Source of the DNA: Octopus vulgaris
Lineage: Eukaryota
Length of the DNA stretch: 64,000 bases
Direction: 5' to 3'
NCBI GenBank assembly: GCA_951406725.2
Contig: OX597814.1
Span: 105,028,001 to 105,092,000, forward strand
This document shows positions 27,001-42,911 of the stretch, piece by piece. The position numbers and the translations under genes were made by a program. A model generated the notes under the pieces. The model saw only the letters and a list, made by a program, of their open reading frames with translations. It was not told the origin of the DNA and made no database searches. Within the stretch, counting starts at the first letter, position 1, and every line of letters starts with the position of its first letter.

Positions 27001-27170
27001 CATTTTTTTCTTTAACCCTTCTATGCTATGCATATGTTCCTTCCTATTTAGTGTGTACCGAGTAAATTTCCTTTCTTTTTTTATCATTTCTTTGTATGTA
27101 AACTCCACACCTTATGTTTATCTTTCTATTGTCCTGCACCTCATCCTTCGCCCTGTTGCAAATAAATGAA
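24050..27170 (+). mobile_element. Decayed, internally deleted Tx1-like LINE
   Basis: RT motifs DQSKAFDRVDH, RQGCPLSPLLY, YTDD and WFGPDLQ...RKLSLKGRAEV are collinear with 5580-7660. The 3' UTR ends in AATAAATGAA followed by (ATT)n. Confidence 0.85.
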
Positions 27171-27248
27171 ATTATTATTATTATCATTATTGTTACTGTT
27201 GTTGTTGTTGCTGCTGATGTTGTTGTTGTTGTTGTTGTTGTTCTTCTT

Positions 27249-27344
<96 letters not shown>

Positions 27345-27347
<3 letters not shown>

Positions 27348-29197
27348 TAGTTTTATTTTTATTTTTATAGCGTGCTTTCACTTCACTACCGAGCGCAGCT
27401 CTGTGTGCCTTGGGTATGTGCTGTGATTTGTTGTGATGCTCTGATGGTTATTGTATGGAAAGTGTTCTGCGTAGGATGTGTGCAGTGCCTAGTAGTGCAA
27501 TTTTCTGTATGTTATATGTGTTTGTAAGTCCTGGTGTTTTTGTTATGTATTTGTCTGAATATTTTTTTATCATGCCTAATGCACCTACTACGATAGGAAT
27601 TGTTTCTGTTTTCAGATTCCACATTCTAGTTACCTCTATTTCCAGGTCTTTGTATTTTGAGAGTTTCTCCATTTCTTTTAGAGACACGTTGTCATCTGCC
27701 GGTACTGATACATCAATTAGAAAGCATTTTTTTCTTCATGGTCTCTGACAACTATATCTGGTCTGTTGGCCTTAATTTCTCTATCTGTGTGTATCGGCAT
27801 ATCCCAGAGTATGGTTGCTTTCTCGTTTTCTGTGACCTTTTCTGGTGTGTGCCTATACCATCTTTTTTCTGTTGTTATTCCATAATGTTGGCATAGCTTC
27901 CAATGTATGTAAGTTCCAACTCTGTCATGTCTGTGAATATATTCCTTCTTAGCCAGGACTGGGCAGCTAGAGATAATATGATTTATTGTTTCTTGTCCAT
28001 CTCCACATATTCTGCAGTTACTTGTAATATTTCTTTTCATTACATGTTTTTGGTAATTTCTGGTGGGGAGGCTTTGGTCTTGTGCTGCAATTAAAAATCC
28101 CTCTGTTTCTGCTTTGAGTCCTGAGCTTCTCAACCATTGCTGGGATTTTTCCTTGTCTATTTCTTTTGCGTTTAGTTTAGTCCAGTATTTACCATGAAGG
28201 GGCTTTTCTTGCCATCGTTTTATCATGGTTCGTTGCTGTTCTATTTTTAGTTTGGATTTCATTTTTTTTATAGCTTTTGTTGTTTCTTCATCTTCTTCTT
28301 CTTCTTCTTCATGTTTATTAGGTGGTATGATTTCTTGTTTGTATTTGTCAGCTTCCTTAAATACTGAGAACAGTTTTTTGTTTTGCTCGTGTTTTGCCGC
28401 TATCTGGATCAGTTTTCCTTCCTTCTGAAGTAGATATTTTTGCAGTCCTATGGTGGTTATTTTATAGTAGTTTTCCAGCTGTATAAGGCCTCTACCACCT
28501 TCTATACGTTGTATATATAGTCTTTCTATGTCAGATTTTGGGTGATGCATCCTAGATCCTGTCATTATTTTTCTTGTTTTCCTGTCTATTTTGGTCAGTT
28601 CATTTCGTGTCCAGTTAAGGATATTGTAGCTGTAACTTATAACTGGGACAGCTAAAGTGTTGATACCTATTATCTTGTTTTTAGCATTGAGCTCTGTGTT
28701 TAGTATTGATCTAACTCGTCTATAATATTCTTTTTTTATTTTCTCTTTCATTTGTGTGTGTTGTGTCTTATCTAGTTCATGGATTCCTAAGTATTTGTAA
28801 GTTTGGCTTTGGTCTAATTCTTTTATTTCATTTGCTTCATCTAGTGTGATGTTGTTACTCTTAACTAGTTTTCCTCTTTTCATGGTTACTTTGGCGCATT
28901 TTTCTAATCCAAATTTCATATCTATTTCTTTGGTAAATCCATGAACTGTCTTTAATAGTGTTTCCAGCTGTTTGTCATTTGCAGCGTATAGTTTTAGGTC
29001 ATCCATATATAAAAGGTGGCTGTTCGTTTTGCCGTAACATTTATATCCGCATCCAGTTCTATTTAGCATATCAGATAGAGGTGACAGTGCCAAGCAGAAA
29101 AGGAGTGGAGAGAGCGTATCTCCCTGGAATATTCCTCTTCTAATGGGGATGTCTTTGGTTTTCATGAGTCCCTCTTTTGTTTGGAGGTGTAGGACTG

Positions 29198-29200
<3 letters not shown>
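27345..29200 (-). mobile_element. R4/Dong-clade RLE non-LTR retrotransposon, 5'-truncated, young
   Basis: 482-aa ORF with GIFQGDTLSPLLF, YMDD, CRIC...H...C finger, RHD and RPDIV. It continues after one frameshift into EKLSKYKDL...IPIVVGALG. (TAT)n lies on both sides. Confidence 0.93.
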
Positions 29201-32144
<2,944 letters not shown>

Positions 32145-32412
32145 TTAATGACTCTCAACCTGTGAATCATACATGTAGGACCTCCGTAATTTGTGTTTAC
32201 TCAAGCATGTCGGCTGGTTGCAGTCCGTTTATTCAAAATTGTCTTCGACAAATATTTTGCTTGCATTGTCTGGATCGTGGTGGTAACATTTTGTCTAATT
32301 GCACCTCTTTTTTCGGAGGGGTGTGGGGGGGTGTAGTTGTTGTTTTGCATTTTTGCATTTTTTGTTGTTGTAAAGACAAGATTCTATTCATTTTACCAAT
32401 TTAAAAAAATAA

Positions 32413-33710
32413 ATGTCAGATTCGGAAAAGATAATAAAAATTGACCAAGAGCAGCGTTCTGTTGTATCTATGAACAGAAAGTCAGCTGAAAGTGAAATAA
32501 ATTCCTCGCCGAAGAAAAATATAATTTCTTCTTGTTGCTATGACATCAGTAACAAGTGCCGAAGTAGCAGCAGCAACGACTACAGCAGCAGCAACGACTA
32601 CAGCAGCAGCAACGACTACAGCAGCAGCAACGACTACAGCAGCAGCAGCAGCCGTCCAAGAATTTGGACCTGGAGATCTCCATTTCCAGCGAATTCGAGG
32701 GCCACCTCCCAGTGGTATCGGGCGTCAATAAAGAGCCCTCGACTACAAGACGACCAAAATTTTTTTTCCAAGGTCTGGGGGTCTCCCGCCCCTAAGCCCT
32801 AGACCATCACTTAATCACCCTTACCCGTCTTGTTGCTTAACAACAACAACAACAACAACAACAGCAGCAGCAGCAACAATGTGAACACTGGCAGCACCGC
32901 TACCATCGCTTCCGCCGTCGCGCCACCACCACAACCACCACAAACAACAGAAACAACAACAATAACAGCAGCAACAACAACAACACAGTTTAAGATTTTG
33001 GCCACGGTATTAGCGAAAAGGTTGGCGCTTGTCGCTGGTGGTCTAGTTGGGGAAGCACAAGCGTGCGCAATCCCTAACAAGTATGTCCACATCAACCTCC
33101 GCCTCATGCGATGCATCCTAGAGAGGGCTGTGACTAAAGCTGGCTTCGATGGGGCCCTGATCAATTTGGATCAATCAAAGGTACTCAATAGAGTCGACCA
33201 TCGCTCCCTGAAAGCCGTCCTTAAAGCGAACGGTTTCGGACCCGTTTTCAGGGCCTGAATCGCTGCAATACACAGCGGCACCTGCTCGGTGATAAATGAC
33301 CTTCTATCGGATCCGTTCAGCATCGCATGCTAGGTCCGTCTGGGCCGCCTGGTGTCATCTCATCTGTACGTGCTGGCTCTCGAGCCACTGCTGTGGGAGT
33401 TGGATCAATTGAGGGGCATCACTTTCGAACTGGGACGCAGAAGAGTAGTGTCTGCATACAGGGAAGACGTTAGCGTCATGGTATCGCACGTCTCCGAAAT
33501 GGAGACGGTCGGCTCTATTTTCGAAGAATATGAGTTAGTTGCAGGGACGTTCCAATGATAAGGCGGTCAGTTTGTTGCCAGCTCCCTCTGAGTGGCGGCT
33601 TAGTCATGCCGCGTCTGTTGATACGCAGGCATACGCTCAGGTGTGCCACCTGCAACGATTTCTAGAAAGTGAATGTCCGTGGGCTCCTTTGGTGAGGCAC
33701 GCATTTCCAT
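32413..33710 (+). mobile_element. Tx1-like fragment: 5' low-complexity part fused to an RT segment
   Basis: FKILATVLAKRLALV...GALINLDQSKVLNRVDH matches 5800-6060 and is preceded by Thr/Asn/Ser-rich sequence like ORF1. Confidence 0.75.
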
Positions 33711-33738
33711 ATTGACCATCAGTTCTCACCACGTAGTT

Positions 33739-34100
33739 GTTTTATCGACCCTTTAAAGATGTACGGTAAAGTCGACCTCAGCGGAATTTGAGCTCAGAGT
33801 GTAAATACGGACGAAATAATGCTAAGAATTTTGCTCGGCGTGCTAACAATTCCGCCAACTGGAAGGAAGATAACATTGGTTTCAAATTTTGGCACAATGC
33901 CAGCAAATTCGGGTAGGGATGGGGTGGGGTTAAATCGATGACATCGAGTCAAAGGCTCAAATAGTACATATTTTACCGACCCCGAATGAATGGAAGTCAA
34001 ATTCGACCTCGGCAGAATTTGAACTCAGAACGTAAAGACGGATGAATTGCCAGTAAGCATTCTGCCCAGTGTGCTAACGAGTCTGCCAGCTCGCCGCCTT
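33739..34100 (-). mobile_element. Two SINE family B copies
   Basis: GACCTC.GC.GAATTTGA.CTCAGA motif occurs twice; the second copy ends CTGCCAGCTCGCCGCC. Confidence 0.8.
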
Positions 34101-34890
34101 CTTGGAAGGAACATAATATTAACATGATGTATTGTATGTCTTGGAGCTATTACATTACATTATGAGGACTACGGGACGGCGAAGCTCTTAAGTTGCCAAG
34201 GCGCAACCGTAGAAGCCGAACGTAATCAGCAACTACCACCAGAATGTCATCGCGGTACTAACTCCATCCACGGCAACATACGATGGCGTCCAGAATATAT
34301 ACGTAGCAATAGACAGAATATTGGTTCAATATTCTTATCAAAACTTATTCCAATTGAAAGCATAAAAGATCCGATAAAATTACTTAGAACAGAAGATACA
34401 AATTATGTGCAACCGTTCAGACAAGTTGCTCTGTAAATTAAACATCTTTTCTAAAAACATCAAGAATATTTATGGGCAACCGCTTCAGAACACGCAACTT
34501 CTCAACCACGCTCATAGATTTTGATTTATTCCAATGATTTTGCTGCACTCAATTATTCTCGAAAATATCTGAGAGACAATCTATAAAATGTTAGGAATTT
34601 CAACTAAATAAACCAACTAGCCAACACGAACTACACAGGTAGACTCTTTAATGCGAAAAAAGCAAAACATTCTTAAATTTCAATATGTAACAATTATCCT
34701 TGGTATTATTCAGCGATGGAAGATCTGTCATTTGATAGACACCAGGTCCGTCCTTCTAAAATGAACTGAATGTGTGCGTGCTTGTGTACATACACAATCA
34801 AACTCATCAATAGCGACTGCAAAATGTATAGATTAAGGAACTGTATCGAACATTTTAACAAGGGAAAGTCGACAATCATTATGTTACGGA

Positions 34891-35101
34891 AGGCGGTAAG
34901 CTGGCAGAGCCGTTAACAGGCCGGACAACATGCTTAGCGACATTTCGTACGTCGTTACGTTCTGAGTTCAAATTCCGCCGAGGTCGACTTTGCCTTACAT
35001 CCTTTCGGGATCGATAAATTGAGTACCAGCGAAACACTGGGGTCTATGAACTCGACTAACCCCTCTCCCCAAATTTCAGGTCTTGTGCCTTTAGTAGAAG
35101 C
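34891..35101 (+). mobile_element. SINE family B
   Basis: GGCGGTAAGCTGGCAGAGCCGTTA...GAGTTCAAATTCCGCCGAGGTCGACTTTGCC. Confidence 0.85.
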
Positions 35102-35222
35102 TATTATGTCTGATATGGAGCCGTTTACTAAGATGATGTGTATTCCCTCCATCCCTTTCTCTGTATATCTGTCTGCCTGCATGTCTGCTTTTCTGTTTCT
35201 GTATATATATATACTGAACTTT

Positions 35223-35253
<31 letters not shown>

Positions 35254-35475
35254 TCAATATAGGGTGGCAAAAAAAAATTTTGTAGAATTTTTTTGCCACC
35301 AGCGGCCTAGTGGGAAAAAATTAAATAGTCATATACCATTTATAAGTTCAACATCACAATCAAGGAACGGCCATAATAGGCCATTCACCCACTAGAAATA
35401 ACAGCCAAAGCTTTAACCGCAAAATAACATTAATTCCGTAAACCAGGAGAAAATTAAAAAAACATTTACCCTGTA

Positions 35476-35582
35476 ATTTCTTATACGATGCACCGTTTCA
35501 TCTACTGTTTAATGGTAAACCAACCTGATTAAATTAAATCAAGCCAATCTTCCATAGGCCCTTAGATTCCTCAGTAAGAAAT
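35476..35582 (-). ncRNA. Type I hammerhead ribozyme, intact
   Basis: Reverse complement of the 35791-35897 motif with no core change. Confidence 0.8.
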
Positions 35583-35790
35583 AGCCAGAACGGAACAGAT
35601 ATTTTCACGAGGCATTTCCGTCCTTGCCTCGGCAATATCTGACCTAAAATTTTCAAATCATCGCACTCGCGCCAAATTTATCGGCAGCAAATAAATATAA
35701 GCCGCCGATTCCATTACGGAATCAACCAGGTCAGATATTGCCGAGGCAGGGACGGAAATGCCTCGTGAAAATATCTGTTCCGTTCTGGCT

Positions 35791-35897
35791 ATTTCTTACT
35801 GAGGAATCTAAGGGCCTATGGAAGATTGGCTTGATTTAATTTAATCAGGTTGGTTTACCATTAAACAGTAGATGAAACGGTGCATCGTATAAGAAAT
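35791..35897 (+). ncRNA. Type I hammerhead ribozyme, intact, with long loop II
   Basis: Stem I AUUUCUUA/UAAGAAAU; core CUGAGGA; stem II AUCUA/UAGAU; GAAA; stem III CGG-UGCA-UCG; GUA cleavage triplet (cut after 35889). Confidence 0.85.
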
Positions 35898-36280
35898 TAC
35901 AGGGTAAATGTTTTTTTAATTTTCTCCTGGTTTACGGAATTAATGTTATTTTGCGGTTAAAGCTTTGGCTGTTATTTCTAGTGGGTGAATGGCCTATTAT
36001 GGCCGTTCCTTGATTGTGATGTTGAACTTATAAATGGTATATGACTATTTAATTTTTTCCCACTAGGCCGCTGGTGGCAAAAAAATTCTACAAAATTTTT
36101 TTTGCCACCCTATATTGATTAATTATGAATTTTCTGGTTGATTCCGTAATGGAATCGGCGGCTTATATTTATTTGCTGCCGATAAATTTGGCGCGAGTGC
36201 GATGATTTGAAAATTTTAGGTCAGATATTGCCGAGGCAGGGACGGAAATGCCTCGTGAAAATATCTGTTCCGTTCTGGCT

Positions 36281-36387
36281 ATTTCTTACTGAGGAATCTA
36301 AGGGCCTATGGAAGATTGGCTTGATTTAATTTAATCAGGTTGGTTTACCATTAAACAGTAGATAAAATGGTGCATCGTATAAGAAAT
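36281..36387 (+). ncRNA. Type I hammerhead copy with mutated core (GAAA to AAAA)
   Basis: Same fold, but G>A at 36364 (G12) and C>T at 36368; predicted inactive. Confidence 0.65.
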
Positions 36388-36505
36388 TACAGGGTAAATG
36401 TTTTTTTAATTTTCTCCTGGTTTACGGAATTAATGTTATTTTGCGGTTAAAGCTTTGGCTGTTATTTCTAGTGGGTGAATGGCCTATTATGGCCGTTCCT
36501 TGATT

Positions 36506-36713
<208 letters not shown>

Positions 36714-36969
36714 CATATATCTATATATATACATATATATATATATACATATATGTATATATATATTTATAAATATATATACACTGTGGTGTCTGGGGAG
36801 AGTCATTCTCTTTTAGTGCCATAAAATTTAACACACCACTCATTTACTTATGTATTTTTCGTTGCATCTTGGAATCTTTTCATTAGTTGTTGACTCTATC
36901 CATTATTCAAGTGACTTGAATAACAGACAGGGTCAACAACTACTTGATACCAGGTGTAAACCATTCGTT

Positions 36970-37150
36970 TTATTATATATATGTGCTTTATTTAAAAGCA
37001 GCAGAAATATAACAAAAGCTGTTACTCAGAGTTTCACGTTCACGTTCGTCGGAGAGTTTTGTTAACAGAACTGTCCGACGAACGGGAACGTGAGACCTCT
37101 GGTATTTGAGTACTCTATTTTCCACCTTGTTTCACATTTATGTGCTTACT
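36970..37150. repeat. Small palindromic repeat with a CCGACGA hammerhead-like motif
   Basis: 37019-37056 and 37071-37100 are inverted copies. A related copy lies at 19381-19550. Confidence 0.6.
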
Positions 37151-37161
37151 CCTGTATATAT

Positions 37162-37217
<56 letters not shown>

Positions 37218-37842
37218 TATGAAGATATGATGGCTGTCAACTCGTGGACGATGAAGGCCCATCGCGGACCTTGCCAGTGCAAAATGCCAGCAATGCCCGT
37301 TCACGGAGTTATTGGACCTGCGGTTAGCTTCATTTGGGTTCGCGGCCGCAGGTTTTATGATCGCCGCGTCGCCCTTTGCACAACCTAAAACTTTAGGTCC
37401 AATAAGGATTGCAGAACTCCTCAAAGACCCTCTTTACCCTATTGATACTATCCAGAAACAATCCAGGGTAAAATGTCTAGCGTTAAATGGGGATGGTGTG
37501 AGGAAGCCATAATCTCAAGTAAAGGGAAACACAACCCCCAAATGCTCAATAGAATTCCCTACATACCTTTGCGTATATATAGAAATATTTGTGTGTGTGT
37601 GTGTGTGGGGGGGTGATTGTGTGTATGTGTATGCGTGTCTTTGTGTCTGTGTTTGTCTCCCATCTTGACAACCCGTCTTGATTTGTTTACGTCGGCAAAA
37701 TGACGGATACCATAAATATCTGACTTTAAGCAACAAACAATGCTGCGGTCAATTCTTCCACTAAAATTATCCGAGGCGGTGCTGCAGCATGGCCGCAGTA
37801 TGATAAGCGAAACGAGTAAAGGATAAAAGAGTGTGACATCAT

Positions 37843-38400
37843 ATTTAACTCCTGCGTTTTGAGAATATTTATCTCGTGATTTGTTTTAACGACTTGGCGT
37901 TTTGCATTGCTTGGCTTCAGTTCATGTTAACTAAATATAAACGAATGGAGGAGAGTTATGATAAATATATGACTATAAGCATTTAATGAGACACATTCAC
38001 CTTATAATAAGAGAAGATTTCAACATCAAGACAAGCTTTCTAAATTATTCGGTGCCTGGATATAGCTAAGTGACCAACTCTGGAATACAGGATTACGTGA
38101 GTGCATTTAAAAGATTTTGCGAAACATTTCAAAACTTAAAACACTCTAATAACAATAACCATTTTAATATCATTATTTCTAAAGAACAGCAAAATAATAT
38201 GGAATTTTATTAAAGCTATTACTGGACATAGTCTGCTTCGAAAGAACATTGCAGTATATTCTGCAAGTAAAAGAATCGGCAATTTTGGAGAGATTATGCG
38301 TTTAATGTGGATAGGTCTGCTGTTTATAATGGGTTTGTGCGAAGGATTTCATAACTGCCCTGAAAGGTATAGATTTAACCCTCATCATGTGGCTTGTTTA
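37843..38400 (+). repeat. Duplicated upstream block of the CAP genes (putative promoter/5' UTR)
   Basis: Nearly identical to 49148-49705; a more diverged copy is at about 60730-61065. Confidence 0.9.
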
Positions 38401-39219
38401 ACAAAGTCGCCAAATTTTATAAAGGTAGTGGACGTAACTCCAGCTGAACAGATGTTAATTGTGAGCATACATAACCTCTACCGGGAACAAGTTATTCCTA
38501 AACCATGCAGCATGTTTCAATTATACTGGGATGTAGAACTTGCTTTCCTTGCAGAGCAATGGGCAAACAACTGTGAATTTAAGAAGGTTAAGAAAGAATT
38601 AAATATAGCACCTGGCAGATACAGTGTTGAACAGAACATTGGCATGGGATACACCAATTGGGATGGATTGTTGAGAGTCTGGCATGAAGAAAGGTTATCA
38701 TTTAATAATTCTGATCCACGAGAAGGTGTTGCAGATTCATATAAAGAGATGATACGGAGCACAACTCATCACATTGGCTGTGCGGTGTCAATCTGTTCCA
38801 ATCTCGGTGATTTTCGTGTTTGCAACTACGCTCCTGTTGAAGATAAGAAAGGACCGATTTATAAAGAATGCAACCACGAATTAGAGGTTTTCAGGTGTTA
38901 TGACCAAATTTGTTACAATAGTGGTTACTTGGACCCCGATACGTGTGAGTGTACATGTCTTGACGAATTACATGTAATGACCCCGAACTGTACCTTGAAC
39001 TGTACACTTCCTGATCCACCTGACAAGTGCAAACATGCAGATATTTCTATATGTGCACATTTCAGCACAAAATTTAGATGTCCCTGGAAGTGCAATGAAT
39101 GTAACGTTATTCCCGAGTCAATGAGAAGAAATCATGGCTTCTCTTTCATCAGACAACTATTAATATTAAGATGCATAATGTTGCTCGTGTTTGTTAGGCT
39201 TTCACTTTGTAGTATTTAA
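38296..39219 (+). CDS. CAP/SCP superfamily cysteine-rich secretory protein (CRISP / Tex31-Mr30-like), paralogue 1
   Basis: Signal peptide MRLMWIGLLFIMGLCEG; HNLYR, LYWDVELAFLAEQWANNC, QNIG and IGCAVSIC...VCNYAP; EGF-like and ShK-like Cys-rich tail (CPWKCNEC); hydrophobic C-terminus. Single uninterrupted ORF. Confidence 0.9.
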   Translation: MRLMWIGLLFIMGLCEGFHNCPERYRFNPHHVACLTKSPNFIKVVDVTPAEQMLIVSIHNLYREQVIPKPCSMFQLYWDVELAFLAEQWANNCEFKKVKKELNIAPGRYSVEQNIGMGYTNWDGLLRVWHEERLSFNNSDPREGVADSYKEMIRSTTHHIGCAVSICSNLGDFRVCNYAPVEDKKGPIYKECNHELEVFRCYDQICYNSGYLDPDTCECTCLDELHVMTPNCTLNCTLPDPPDKCKHADISICAHFSTKFRCPWKCNECNVIPESMRRNHGFSFIRQLLILRCIMLLVFVRLSLCSI

Positions 39220-39256
39220 ATATTGGTCAGGAATACGCATCGTCCCATTTCGTATA

Positions 39257-39489
39257 TCTATTTCTTTACTACGCAGAAGGGGCTAAACACAGAGAGGACA
39301 AACAAGGACAGACAAACGGATTAAGTCGATTATATCGACCCCAGTGCGTAACTGGTACATAATTTATCGACCCCCGAAAGGATGAAAGGCAAAGTCGACC
39401 TCGGCGGAATTTGAACTCAGAACGTAAAGACAAACGAAATACCGCTAAGCATTTCGCCCGGCGTGCAAACGCTTCTGCCAGCTCGCCGT
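39257..39489 (-). mobile_element. SINE family B, full length, in the 3' flank of CAP paralogue 1
   Basis: 11-bp TSD CATTTCGTATA (39246-39256 and 39490-39500). Confidence 0.92.
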
Positions 39490-39516
39490 CATTTCGTATA
39501 CCACCAATGACACTCA

Positions 39517-40428
<912 letters not shown>

Positions 40429-40548
40429 TGAAGTTTGGCTACATTTCTATTTCTCTCGGTGTTTCTTCAAATTATGACAAATTAAACCTTTTTATATCCT
40501 TCTTACCATTGATTAAATAGAACAGTATATCTTTCATTTCATTTCTTC

Positions 40549-40605
<57 letters not shown>

Positions 40606-40816
40606 GCACACGCACACACACACACATGCACATACACCTATATGTGTGTGTGTATATGCATATATGTATGTGTGCATGCATGTATGCAGGTGTGCATGCT
40701 TGGCCATGTTGATGCTACGGGCCAGTTGTTACGACTCATTATACTTGCTCTGCAGAGTGAGGTTTGAGGAGAGCACAAAGTGTTATATTAATTAATGAAC
40801 AACTTAAGTGAATATT

Positions 40817-41563
40817 ACACACACACACATACATACATACATACATACATACATACATACATACATACATACATACGTGCATACACACAGATACATACAT
40901 ACATACATACATACATACACACACACATACATACACACATACTTACATACATTCATTCATATATACATATATACACACACACATACATACATGCATACAT
41001 ACATACACACATACATACACGCATACATACATACATACACACATACATACATACACACACACGTACATACATACATACATGCATACACACACATACATAC
41101 ATACATACATATACACACACATATATACACACATGCACACACATATATACATACATGCACATACATACATACATACGCACACATACACACACATACATAC
41201 ATACATACATACACACACACACATACATACATACATACATGCATACATACATACATTCATTCATATATACATACAAACATACACACAGACACATACACAA
41301 ATACATACATACATACACACATACATACATACATACACATACATACATACATACATACATACATACATACACACATACATACATACACACATGCATACAT
41401 GCATACACACATACATACACACGCACATACACATACACATACATACATACACACACACATACATACATACATACATACATACATACATACATACATACAT
41501 ACATACATACATACATACATACATACACACATACATACATACTTAGGTACGTACGTACATACC
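40817..41563. repeat. Long (ACAT)n/(AC)n microsatellite
   Basis: Directly visible; source of the HTYI/YVCM ORFs. Confidence 0.95.
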
Positions 41564-41981
41564 TACGATAATTCAAAGACTATAGATCCGAACCATCAAT
41601 GGAACCGATGCATGAGAAGACATACATAAAACAAAACAAACAAATCTGTCCACACACTGATTCCAAATACTGCACATGTACACACATACATGCAAAAACG
41701 AAATTTTAATGAACGAACCTTGAATCTAGGTTAGAAACCGGCTCTTTCTCTTTTGTATGTATGTATATATATATATGTGCATATTTGTATATTTTATTGT
41801 ATGTATTCTCATGCATAGAGTTGCATATCTAGGCATGTTCATATATATTTAAATGATAAACTTCTGGAAAGTTTTACAGATTCTTACAGTTCCAGTGATG
41901 GATTGGATCTATAGTCTTCGAATTAGCTTTCTCCTTTCTAGTTTTGAGAAGCCTCATTTCTCAAAATTGGTATTTACGCAG

Positions 41982-42013
<32 letters not shown>

Positions 42014-42127
42014 TGTATGTATGTATGTATGTATGTATGTATGTATGTATGTGTGTGTATGTGTATATATGTAAGTGTGCGTGTATGTATGTATATATGT
42101 ATGTGTGTGTATGTATGTATATATGTA

Positions 42128-42160
<33 letters not shown>

Positions 42161-42289
42161 ATGTATGTGTGTGTATGTGTATGCATGTATGTATGTATGT
42201 ATGTATGTATGTATGTATGTGTATGTATGTATATATGCATGTGTGTGTATGTATGTATGTATGTATGTATGTATGTATGTATGTATGTG

Positions 42290-42843
42290 TCAGGTCAATT
42301 TCGAGTGCTACTGGTAACATGTAACCCAGTACAACCTGTTGCATGGTCAGGTCGTCGACGACTAAACCGGCAACCCCACCAAGCTTGCTTGGTGAGGAGG
42401 GTGTTTATTGGACACCCTGCGGGATGAAAAGGATAACCCGTCAAAGGGCGGAGAAACTCTTGAGAGTCAACGGCCATCCAATAAATGTCTTAAGGATGTA
42501 TCATGCGCGGGGACATAGAAATAATAGGACTGAATACCCGATCGCGCGGTTAAACCATTGGGAGTGAAGGACTCCTAGCCTTTGTTAGAGCATCCTTCTA
42601 GGAGAAGGTAACTCAGGTAACTGGGATAACTCCGACATAAAACCTGCGGCTCAGTGGTTACCGATGATGTTGACTTGTTCTTCTTTTCGGATTATGGCTT
42701 CTGTTGCTTAGTGAGTGGGATTGACTCAGTGCACAGCCTTTCCTCACTTTAAAAAGAAATCTTCTTGCACAAGCATTGCACGATAACAACATTGATTAAG
42801 CTTCGTGCAATGGCCATACTCGATAACGAGGGGGCAGCCACTA
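42290..42843 (+). mobile_element. Non-autonomous bipartite RTE-derived element within (ATGT)n
   Basis: No long ORF. The structured 5' part resembles RTE 5' UTRs, and the last about 45 bp match the RTE 3' UTR at 12905-12950. (ATGT)n lies on both sides. Confidence 0.65.
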
Positions 42844-42877
42844 TGTATGTATGTATGTATGCATGTATGTATGTACG

Positions 42878-42911
<34 letters not shown>

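Noticed and set aside
32566-32652. Four 18-bp direct repeats (AGCAGCAGCAACGACTAC), superficially array-like
   Set aside because: No spacers; a simple minisatellite inside a LINE low-complexity region, not CRISPR.
41701-41750. Hammerhead-like TTAATGA...AACC/GGTT...GAAACCGGCT
   Set aside because: The core and stem I are too degenerate in this single copy to support a call.
42290-42660. Twister or HDV-like ribozyme call for the RTE-like 5' region
   Set aside because: Diagnostic twister (GCCGGTCCCAAGCCCGG-like) and HDV nested-pseudoknot patterns were not found by eye; kept only as a structured-RNA candidate.
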